From Octopus sinensis (Eukaryota), in contig NC_043019.1 of the NCBI RefSeq assembly GCF_006345805.1, positions 10,849,360-10,913,359 of the forward strand: 64,000 nt of DNA. The letters run 5' to 3'. Shown piece after piece: positions 1-10,863 of this stretch. Every line of letters starts with the position of its first letter. Position 1 is the first letter of the stretch. The translations under genes and the position numbers were made by a program. The notes under the pieces were generated by a model, which saw only the letters and a program-made list of their open reading frames with translations, made no database searches and was not told the DNA's origin.

Positions 1-10
1 ACAAGCTCAG
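1..10 (+). CDS. Possible partial exon of the coiled-coil gene (window edge)
   Basis: CAG|GTATTT donor at 10/11. Phase 1 joins exon 64-128 in frame (T-S-S-D-E-V-R). Implies a 53-nt intron and only 10 nt are visible. Confidence 0.4.
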
Positions 11-63
11 GTATTTATTATAACTGCTCTGCCCCCACCTCCCTTCTGCCTTTGTTTTTGCAG

Positions 64-128
64 ATGAAGTTCGAGAATTAAAGAAAATTCTGGCAGGTAA
101 AAATCTTCAGATACCAATTATTGAAAAG
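64..128 (+). CDS. Coiled-coil protein exon (DEVRELKKILAGKNLQIPIIEK)
   Basis: Polypyrimidine tract plus TTTGCAG acceptor. AAG|GTATTT donor, phase 0, in frame with the next exon. Confidence 0.7.
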
Positions 129-316
129 GTATTTTTGTTTTTCTCTTTTTGTTGAAAATGTTATTGATGATATTTTTGTTGTAATTAATTTTGTTTACTG
201 GAACTTCTATTCTTTTACTGGATTCAATCATTGGACTGCGACCATTCTGGGTCACCATCTTTGAAGAGATTTACTCAATCAGTGCAACTTTAGTATCAGC
301 CTATATTAGTCTGTGT

Positions 317-650
317 GAAGGCACATGGCTCAGTGGTTAGAGCATTGAGAGTACAATCGCGAGGTTGTGAGTTCGATTCCTGGACTGGGCTGCGTGTTGT
401 ATTCTTGAGCAAGACACTTTATTTCATGTTGCTCCAGTTCACTCAGCTGTAGAAATGAGTTGCGATATCACTGGTGCCAAGTTGTATCGGCCTTTGCCTT
501 TCCCTTGGATAACATCAGTAGCATGGAGAGGTGAGGCTGGTATGAATGGGCAACTGATGGTCTTCCATAAACAACCTTGCCCGGACTTGTACCTTGGAGT
601 GTAACTTTGTAGGTGCAATCCCATGGTCATTCATGACTGAAGGGGGTCTC
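317..650 (+). mobile_element. tRNA-derived SINE family A (CORE-like body). Other copies at about 30965-31280(-), 38115-38442(+), 51760-52445(-), 57428-57763(-), 63917-64000(+)
   Basis: A box GGCTCAGTGG and B box GTTCGATTCC. TCTTGAGCAAGACACTT segment resembles the MIR/CORE domain. Multiple dispersed copies. Confidence 0.8.
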
Positions 651-2038
651 AAGTATTTTATTTTATTTTATCAATCTCTACTGGCTGAAGCGCAGTCAAA
701 GAGACAATGTAAACAACGACAAAGATTTTTTTTAACTCTTTAGTATTTAAACCAGCCATATCCGGCCAAAAAATATTCTACATGTTTTATGTTCAAACTG
801 GCCGAATCTATCTTCCTACACTTATCCTACAATGTTATTTAAAAAAAAAAAAGCAATCACATCACTGAAATCTTGAAGCTTCAAGATAATGCATGATTAA
901 TACAAAATAATGTGAATAAATAAGAAGGGAATTTGAATGCGAAAGGGTTAAGATTAGTGTCCACATAAACCCTGACGCACACACACACACACACACACAT
1001 GCACATCATTATCATATATCTCCTCGTCCTTGGTCCTCTATCATATCTTGACCTCTCAGTGCCTGGCATAAAGCCATTGCCCTCACTACTACACCTCCAG
1101 TTTAGTTGAAGGATCATGTATTGTGAGTTTATAGTCATGTATAGTGCCAGTGCCACAAAGGAAGCACCTGGTACACTCTGTAAAATGGTTGGCATAAGGA
1201 AGGGCTTCTAGCTATGGAAATCATGTCAAAGCAGACACTGGACTTGTTGGTTCCTGTAGAACTGACCAACCTATACTGGGATGGGTTGTATGGTTTGACA
1301 AGAACTAGCAAGCCCAGGGGCTACACCAGATTCCATAGTCTATTTTAGCTGGGTTTCTATGGCTAGATACCCTACCTAATGCCAACCACTTTATAGCGTG
1401 TACTGGGTGCTTTTCTGTGACACCATCACCAGTACATTTTACATGGCACCAGCACTCAAACCAATGCCTTTTACGTGGCACCTTTTACATTTCAGGATCT
1501 CAATTCTCTTGCGGTAGGCAGGTCTTCTTGAGTACAGAAATGCACTACATATCTTGGTCCTCTGTCATCTCGTCCCTAAGGTCCAGCATTTTGATACTTT
1601 GACCCATGTCTTCCTGGGTCTCCTTCTGCCACAACTTCCCTCCATTTCAAGTGGTCGGCATTTCTTTATGCAACTTCCAAGTACATAAATATCTCTTCCC
1701 ACCATGGGGCATCGCACACTATTAAGGGCAAAGAGCAGTACATAATATTAGCCCTCAGAACATTTTTCCCCCTTTAGCATGAATAAACATTTCTCCTCCT
1801 TTTCCTAATTCCATCCACACCTCATTGTCTTTATGCTTGTGAGATTGGTTTCATGAATATATAATTTTACACTTATTTTAATTTTATTTCAGTTATTTTT
1901 ATTTTTGTTTATTGTATTTTTTTCTTATGTATGGTATTAATAGGCATATTTGTAACCTCATTTAAATATGAATGTGACTGTGTTTCTAGTATTTGTATGT
2001 ATGTGTGTATATATATATGTGTGTGTGTCTGTGTGTGT

Positions 2039-2118
2039 TTATATGCAAACATTTTCTAGCCAACCAATGATTCCCACCATTCATATGTATATATATGTGT
2101 GTGTATGTGTGTGTGTGT

Positions 2119-2202
<84 letters not shown>

Positions 2203-2278
2203 ATATGCAAACATTTTCTAGCCAACCAATGATTCCCACCATTCATATGTATATATATGTGTGTGTATGTGTGTGTGT

Positions 2279-2318
<40 letters not shown>

Positions 2319-2322
2319 GTGT

Positions 2323-2359
<37 letters not shown>

Positions 2360-2437
2360 ATATGCAAACATTTTCTAGCCAACCAATGATTCCCACCATT
2401 CATATGTATATATATGTGTGTGTATGTATGTGTGTGT

Positions 2438-2521
<84 letters not shown>

Positions 2522-2601
2522 ATATGCAAACATTTTCTAGCCAACCAATGATTCCCACCATTCATATGTATATATATGTGTGTGTATGTGTGTGTGTGTG
2601 T

Positions 2602-2667
<66 letters not shown>

Positions 2668-2750
2668 ATATGCAAACATTTTCTAGCCAACCAATGATTC
2701 CCACCATTCATATGTATATATATGTGTGTGTATGTGTGTGTGTGTGTGTA

Positions 2751-2782
<32 letters not shown>

Positions 2783-2840
2783 TATGTATGTGTGTGTGTG
2801 TGTGTACGTGTGTGTGTGTGTACATGTGTGTGTGTATACA
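2039..2840. repeat. Compound tandem repeat: constant ~58-bp block alternating with (GT)n tracts, 5 copies
   Basis: Block TTATATGCAAACATTTTCTAGCCAACCAATGATTCCCACCATTCATATG at 2039, 2201, 2358, 2520, 2666. Confidence 0.95.
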
Positions 2841-4561
2841 GATGAGCATGGGAATAATGCAAATGACAAACTATTTGCTGCGATCATTGCCCCAGACAAC
2901 AACAGAAAAAGTCTCTCTCTCTGTTATAAATTAACCAACATTCTCATTCTGTTCCATTTTAATCCTCCTATTCCATCTTGCTCCTATTCCCTCTCTTTCT
3001 CTGCCTCCAGCCTTTGTCTCCCACCAAACTCTCTTTTTTTTTATACATGGGAACATTGCTGGTGGCAAGCTATTTGCAGTGATCACTTCTCTGAGCAAGA
3101 ACACAAAAAAATCCCTACCTTGCCATAAACTAACTAATTTTCCCATTCTGTCGTATTTTAACCCTCCCATCCCATCAAACACTTATTTTCTCTGTTTCTG
3201 GCTCTATTTGCCTGTCTGTCTGTCTCTCTCTGTCTCTGTCTGTCTCTCCCTCTCTGCCTCCAATCTTACCGTCCCCAAGTTCCTTTTCTCCCCTTTTATT
3301 TTTCCTTCCCACCTCTGCAAAACAACAAATTCTCTGCCAATTTACACTTTTACTTGTTTCAGTCATTTGACTGTGGCCATGCTGGAGCACCACCCTTTTA
3401 GTCTATCAAATCGACCCCAGGACTTATTCTTTGTAAGCCCAGTACTTATTCTATTGGTCTCTATTGCCGAACCGCTAAGGGTCGGGGACGTAAACACACC
3501 AGCATTGGTTGTCAAGCAATGCTAGGGCGACAAACACAGACATACAAACATATATATATATATACATATATACGACAGGCTTCTTTTAGTTTCCGTCTAC
3601 CAAATCCACTCACAAGGCATTGGTCGGCCCGATGCTATAGCAGAAGACACTTGCCCAAGGTGCCACGCAGTGGGACTGAACCCGGAACCATGTGGTTGGT
3701 AAGCAGGCTTCTTACCACACAGCCACTCCTGCGATGTGACGGTATATTTTTAGAATGACATTGTAGGGTAGGTGTGAGAAGCTGGATCCGGTCAGTTTGA
3801 GTATAAAACAGGTAGAATATTTTGGCTGGATATGGTTAGTTTAAATGCTAAAGGATTGGATATCCAGTGGAGCCTGCTTGCATAACTCCTTTCAAGCCTT
3901 TGCAAGTATGTAGATGGAAAGTACGTAGAAACCCACTGGATGGGTTGTACCTGTTTGTTACATGTCATGTAAAAGTCCAGCTGTGTCACTGGTCTCATTC
4001 TGGTTCTGTATGAGAATTATGTTAAGGGTACTCGTGTCTGTGCAATACTCAGCCACTTGAAACCTACTTCAATGGGCAGGCAGGTAGTCCAGTTGAATCG
4101 ACGACTGAATTCTTATTGTTGAAACTGACAGAGATCCATGCAGGTGTTCTTGTGTGTGTGTGTGTGGGGGGGGGTGCGTGTGTGTGTGTGCATGCGCACG
4201 CACACTTATGCATGTGTGCACGTGTATCTGTGTGTATATATGTGAATGTATGTCTGTGTTTGAGTGTGTGTTGGCATATTTGTGTGTATATACATGTGTG
4301 AGAGTGTGAGTGTATGTGTATGTGTATTCATGTGTGAGTGTGTATAAGTGTGTATGAGTATATGTGTGTGTGTGTGTATGTGAGAGAGAGAGAGTGGGTG
4401 GGTGTGTCCCTGTGTGTATGCCTGTGAATGTATGTGTGTTACACTATGAGTGTGAATTTGTTTGTGTATTTATGTGTGTGTATATGCATGTGTGAGTTTG
4501 AAATGTTCCAGTCCAAATTCTTCTCCCTCATATTGTCCTTCTAACAATGACCGTTCTTCAG

Positions 4562-4664
4562 GAACTAAAAGATACCAAAGAGAAACATGAAGAAAGCCTG
4601 AAGAAATTACAGTTGGAGCACGGTAGAAACATCTCTGAGATGGCACGGAGTTTCACAGAAGAGA
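4562..4664 (+). CDS. Coiled-coil protein exon (ELKDTKEKHEESLKKLQLEHGRNISEMARSFTEE)
   Basis: TTCTTCAG acceptor and E/K/L heptad-like composition. Donor A|GTTAAGT is phase 1 and matches exon 12523. An alternative phase-1 donor at 4622/4623 cannot be excluded. Confidence 0.75.
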
Positions 4665-6003
4665 GTTAAGTATCTTCATTGATACTGTTGTTGTTGTTGT
4701 TGTTGTTGTTCTAGTTGTTTTTGTTTGTTGTGGTTCTGGCATTTATCACCAAGTGAAACTTCAAGTTGACCAACGATCAAAAACATTCCAATCAAGACCA
4801 TACCATCTTTTTTTTTTCGTCAGACACTGTATTAATGATACTATTATCTGTTGCCAAAAGAATCTCTAAGTAGTTTCTCAACCTCCTAGAAATAGCAGCC
4901 TATATCATATGTCCTGCTGTTTTAAAAAAAGGAAGGATACTCTTTGTATTTCTTGTCATTGCTGTTGTTGTCGTTGTTGTCATCATCATCATCATTTAAC
5001 ATCTGTTTTCCATGCTGGCATGGGTTGGACGGTTCAACAGGAGCTGACCAGCTGAAGAGCTGCCTGAGCCACATGTCTGTGTTGGCATGGTTTCTATGGC
5101 TGGATGGCCTTCCTAATGCCAACCACTTTACAGAGTGTGCGGGGTGCTTTTATGTGGCACCAGCATGGTCACTTTTACATGGCACCAGCACAGATGCTTT
5201 TTATGTGACACCAGGTCCCATGCACCTGCAATATTAGGATTGCTCAGCTGAAAGAGGGATGTAAGGGACATGCCCATATATAAGGACAACCATGTATCTT
5301 CTCAAGCACAGTAAACCGCTAGAAGTCTTGGTCCTTTGTCATCTCCTCTGTTTTGTTGGAGGCAAATTGGCAGAATTAGAGAATTGCGTATAATAGTGAA
5401 TAAGTAAGTTAGTGCTTCCTCAAGTTCTAGGACACATAGAGCCTCTTACCCACTAACTCTAGAACTAGCAACAAGGCTACACACAGACCACATGCCAACA
5501 GTAGGTCCCCACTATCTATCTGTCTGTTTGTCCATCTATCTCTATCTCTCTATCTATCCATCTACCTATCTATCTGTCTGTTTTCCACTTGCCCAAGGTG
5601 CCATGCAATGAGACTGAACCCAGAACCATATGGCTGGAATCTAACTTTTTACCACACAGTCATGCCTGCATCCTATGCAATACAGTATAATTCGATTAAG
5701 CTCTGACTTCTGTTTCTAGCAGCCCAAGATGCTCTCTCTCTCTCTCTCTCTTTCTCACTAGCATAGAAGCAATGTTGGTAAGCAATTAAACAATCAATTG
5801 GTTTGTGTTCTTCTTCTATCTGTTGTTATTGTCATGTATAGTTTATTCTAAAATGTAGGGAGTTTTCACTACTACATTGCATAGTTTCAATGATAATGTG
5901 TTGAGATACTCTCACAGACTAATGTCGTTACTGTCAACCTTTTTTTTTAATTATGTGCTTACAAATTTACATTTTCAGGTCAGACAGCTGTGAATTATTG
6001 TAG

Positions 6004-6760
6004 TGTAATTATGGTGTTGATGGTGGTGGTGGTAGTGGTGGTGGTGGTGGTAGTGGTGGTGGTGGTGGTAGTGGTAGTGGTAGTATTGGTGGTGGGACTT
6101 GCAGTGGTGGAGTTAGGGTTGGTGGTGGTAGTGCCAGCAATTCTGGAGGTAATGCTAGTGCTGGAGATGGTGATGGTGGTAATGGTGTTAGTGATGGTGG
6201 TTGTGGTAGTGATAGTGGTGGTGGTAGTGGTAGTACTGGTGGTGGGGCTTGCAGTGGTGGAGTTAGGGTTGGTGGTGGTAGTGCTAACAGTGCTGGGGTT
6301 AATGCTGGTGGTGGTGATGGTGGTAATGGTGGTAGTGATGGTGGTGGTGGTAGTGGTGGTTGTGATGGTGGTGGTGGTAGTGGTAGTATTGGTGGTGAGG
6401 CTTGTAGTGGTGGTGATAGGGTTGGTGGTGGTAGTGCTAGCAGTGCTGGCGGTAATGCTGATGGTGGGGATGGTGATGGTAGTGATGGTAATGGTGGTAG
6501 TGATAGTGGTGGTGGTAGTGGTGGTGGTGGTAGTGGTAGTATTGGTGGTGAGGCTTGTAGTGGTGGAGTTAGGGTTGGTGGTGGTAGTGCTAGCAGTGCT
6601 GGTGGTAATGCTGGTGGTGGAGGAGATGGTGATGGTGGTGGTGGTAGTGGTGTGGTGGTAATGGTAGTACTGGTGGTGGGGCTTGCAGTGGTGGAGTTAG
6701 TGGTGGCCATGGTGGAGTTAGTGTTGGCCCGTGGTGGACTTAGTGGTGGCCGTGGTGGCA
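6004..6760. repeat. (GGT)n-derived degenerate tandem repeat, about 5 units of about 150 bp
   Basis: Recurring GCTTGYAGTGGTGGAGTTAGGGTTGGTGGTGGTAGTGC. Confidence 0.85.
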
Positions 6761-7539
6761 CTGATTGTGTCAGCTTGCTGGCTAGTCTGCCTTTTTGTCA
6801 TGTGGTTTGTGTTTGTTGCTATTGCTGTTGTTGTTTCCTGATCAGCTTTTATTCAACAGACCTTCCGAACAAAGACATTCCAGCTGTGATCATACACGAC
6901 TTATTTATTTAATTGTCACATAATCTATCCAACATTATGATATGCAACGTTCCATTTTTGCCCCAGACAGTATGGTGTCATTGAAAGAATATTTGACTGC
7001 CATTTCTAGCAGATCAATAAACCCCAAAGAACAGGGCCTCCCAGCTTGTTTCAGAATTTGCATGAATTCATGTGGCAACCACCACCACCGCCGCCGCCGC
7101 CGCCGCTACTGCTGTCACTGCTCCCATCGCTGCCGCTGCCCTCGCCGCTGCTGGCACTGCCGCCACCGCCACCACCTCTGCTGGTGCCACCGCCGCTGAT
7201 GTCACTGTTGCCACCACTTCCACCACCGGCGCCACCCTCACCACCACCACCACCACCACCACCACCACCTCTGTCATCATCATTGTTATTATCATTTTAC
7301 TTCAACATGGGTTGGCATACTCTCTCTCTCTCTTTTACTCTTTTACTTGTTTCAGTCATTTGACTGCGCCCATGCTGGAGCACCGCCTTTAGTCGAGCAA
7401 ATCGACCCCGGGACTTATTCTTTTGTAAGCCCAGTACTTATTCTATCGGTCTGTTTTGCTGAACCGCTAAGTGACTGGGACGTACACACACAAGCATCGG
7501 TTGTCAAGCAATGCTAGAGGGACAAACACACAAACATAT

Positions 7540-7577
<38 letters not shown>

Positions 7578-7641
7578 TGATAAAACGGTAAGATAACAAA
7601 AGAAAGAAAGAGACCTCAATATTATGTAAATAGAGGAAATT

Positions 7642-7848
7642 TATCTATACAATATGTTACATTACTCGGTAGTCAAGATAAAACTCTGAGTTTCAGATGC
7701 CGAAGTGGAAATCCACAACACCATCTCTTCGGTTATCTGGCTATTTTAAAATAGCCAGATAACCGAAGAGATGGTGTTGTGGATTTCCACTTCGGCATCT
7801 GAAACTCAGAGTTTTATCTTGACTACCGAGTAATGTAACATATTGTAT

Positions 7849-7853
<5 letters not shown>
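7642..7853. repeat. Perfect 212-bp palindrome with no spacer, inside a (TA)n-flanked insert
   Basis: Arms 7642-7747 and 7748-7853 are exact reverse complements about TTTT|AAAA. Confidence 0.95.
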
Positions 7854-7891
<38 letters not shown>

Positions 7892-8619
7892 TATGACAGG
7901 CATGGTTAGGAGGTTTTATCTGCAGCAGTGTTTTAACAGTTGGATGTTCATTCCTCTCATCAAACCTTCTGTTCCCTTTTTATGATGCTCAGGGACACAT
8001 GGTATATGTATTCTGAAAACCAAGGTGTGGAGCATCAGGTGTGGTCGTGTGTTAAGAAGCTTGCCTCCTAGCCATGTTGCCTTGAGCAAGTGTTCTACTG
8101 TAACCCAGGGTCAACCAAAACCTTGTTGAGTGTATTTGGTTGACGGAGACTGAAACTTTTATCTTGTTTCAGTTATTAGACTACGACCATGCTAGAGCAC
8201 CACTTTGAGGAATTTTAGTCAAACTAATTGACCACAGTATTTATTTTCTTTTTAAGCCTGCTACTTATTCTATTGATCTTTTTGGTGAACCGCTAAGTTA
8301 CAAGTTTGTAAACACACCAACTCCTGTTGGCATGCCATGGTGGAGGACAAACACAGGCACAAAAACACACAAACATAAATAGATATATATATATGATGGG
8401 CTTCTGTTCAGTTTCTGCTTACCATTTACCAAATCCACTCATAAGGCTTTTGTTGGCACAAGGCTATAATAGGAGATACTTGCCCAAGGTGTCATGTAGT
8501 GGAAGTGAACCTGGAACCATGTGGTTGGGAAGCAAAGTTTATACCACACAGCCACACCTAATGAATTATTATTTTTCATTTCAGATTACAGCATATTAAT
8601 TGCTTATTGCAACTAGCCT

Positions 8620-8905
8620 TGCTATGAACACCAGAGACAAAAGGAATTTCTGGTTTTCAAGCAGGGCATATAGTGGATCAATCTGAGGGTGGACTTAGCC
8701 AGCATAAGATGGTACAAAACCTTGGGATTCCTCTTGCTACAGTCAACAGCGAAGGAAAGAAATCAACAGCATCCTGCACAGCTTGACTTGGACCCTCTGG
8801 CAGACTGTCAGGTGGATTGTTGAATATAATCCCTACTGTAAGGCAGCTGATGTTGCTGATCAACTCCAAATGAGTCAGAATGCTTCTGTGACTTAACTCC
8901 ATCGA
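8620..8905 (+). pseudogene. Tc1-like transposase N-terminal HTH relic
   Basis: [36 protein letters not shown], then TVRWIVEYNPYCKAADVA after a frameshift. Cut off by the LINE-tail array. Confidence 0.55.
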
Positions 8906-10020
8906 GTTGCTGAGGTATGGAACAGACTGCCGGCGTCAGTTGTTAGTTGTCGGAGCACTGCATCCTTCAAAACTTTCATGCTTTCTGAGATTCGCCAACA
9001 CTACACCTGATTTTCTCCCCTCCATACACACGCAAGCATGTATCTGACTCATACACTGTTCACTTCCCAGACATTTGTACATTACTGCATATGCTTTATA
9101 CACACTTTTGACAACTTGTGGTGCGCCTGAGCACTGTATACAATAATTTCATTATTATTATTATTATTATTATAGCAGAGGAGCTAGATGGGAACGAAGC
9201 ATGGAACAAACTGCCGGCGTCAGTTGTTAGTTGTCGGAGCACTGCCTCCTTCAAAACTTCCATGCTTCCTGAGATTCGCCAACACTACACCTGATTTTCT
9301 CCCCTCCATACACACACAAGCATGTATCTGACTCATACACTGTTCACTTCCCAGACATTTGTACATTACTGCATATGCTTTATACGCACTTTTGACAACT
9401 TGTGGTGCGCCTGAGCACTGTATACAATAATTTCATTATTATTATTATTATTATTATTATAGCAGAGGAGCTAGATGGGAACGAAGCATGGAACAAACTG
9501 CCGGCGTCAGTTGTTAGTTGTCGGAGCACTGCCTCCTTCAAAACTTCCATGCTTCCTGAGATTCGCCAACACTACACCTGATTTTCTCCCCTCCATACAC
9601 ACACAAGCATGTATCTGACTCATACACTGTTCACTTCCCAGACATTTGTACATTACTGCATATGCTTTATACGCACTTTTGTCAACTTGTGGTGCGCCTG
9701 AGCACTGTATACAATAATTTCATTATTATTATTATTATTATTATAGCAGAGGAGCTAGATGGGAACGAAGCATGGAACAAACTGCCGGCATCAGTTGTTA
9801 GTTGTCGGAGTACTGCATCCTTCAAAACTTCCATGCTTCCTGAGATTCGCCAACACAACACCTGATTTTCTCCCCTCCATACACACACAGGCATGTATCT
9901 GACTCATACATTGTTCGCTTTCCAGACATTTCCACATTACTGCATGTACTTTATATGCACTTTCTGACAAGTTGTGGTGCACCTGAGCACTGTATACAAT
10001 AATTTCATTATTATTATTAT
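8905..10020 (+). repeat. Four tandem CR1/L2-type LINE 3' ends (unit about 285 bp) with (ATT)n tails
   Basis: RVAEAWNKLPASVVSCRSTASFK C-terminal motif. Three identical linkers ATAGCAGAGGAGCTAGATGGGAAC. Confidence 0.9.
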
Positions 10021-10826
10021 TCTTTGACCAACAAATGTCCATGAAAGAAAATGACGGTGCCAGTTTACTTTCAAGGTGTCTCTGAGTGAGTGTGTGTACC
10101 GTCAAACTTCCTTTCAGGTCCCTTGTCCAGTGTCCATGCTGAAGAGCCACGGAGAAGGGTTGATTCAATGCTTATAGCAAATTCGCAAACATTAAGTAAC
10201 TCAACTAACCTGACCTAATTATCTGACAGTCTGTGGGCTCTGTCCCTTCTCAGATTGATAGGAAATCAGACCCCCTCCTTCTAGCTCTCACAGGAATGCT
10301 AAAAATATATTTAGTGGGTGAATAAATATATAAATAGCCGGTTGAGTGTGTGACAGACATATTTTCTCACAGATGTAAGTATACTGTGTGTATGTATGTG
10401 CATGTATGTATATGTGTTTGTGTTTAAGAGTATGTGTATATAAATATATATGTGTGTGTGTATATATATATATATGTAGGTAGTTTGTATTGTTGGAGAG
10501 AAGTGAGAATGTATATGGTGTGGTGTGTGTGTGTGTGTGTGCTACTGAATGTGTGATTGTAGGTATGTGAGTGTGAGAGTGTGTATACATATTTGTGAGT
10601 GTGAGACAATGGGTGATCTGAAGGTGATGGTAGTGGTGGTGTTGTTGGTGGTGGTGGTGGTGTCTAAGAGAAAAAGAAAAAACAGGATTTACTGTTATAT
10701 TCAGCTATTAATACCTGTCTTTTGTTTTAATGGATTTCAAAAATAGACAATAGGTTAAGTTATTCTGGGAAAATTCTATTTTTATCCTCCCCCTCCTCAT
10801 CACCACCACCACCACCACCACCACCA

Positions 10827-10863
<37 letters not shown>

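Noticed and set aside
317-390. Functional tRNA genes at SINE heads (also 25190-25257, 43716, 63522, 63917)
   Set aside because: They lack a closed acceptor stem and run straight into SINE bodies.
1968-2934. Cys/Val- and His/Thr-rich ORFs, and a CRISPR call
   Set aside because: These are (GT)n translations and the spacers are microsatellites. The same applies to similar ORFs at about 12.7, 13.5, 44.3 and 59.1 kb.
7046-7392. Pro-, Ala- and Thr-rich ORFs
   Set aside because: A degenerate (CCG/CCA)n tract running into a SINE B tail, with no splice or coding support.
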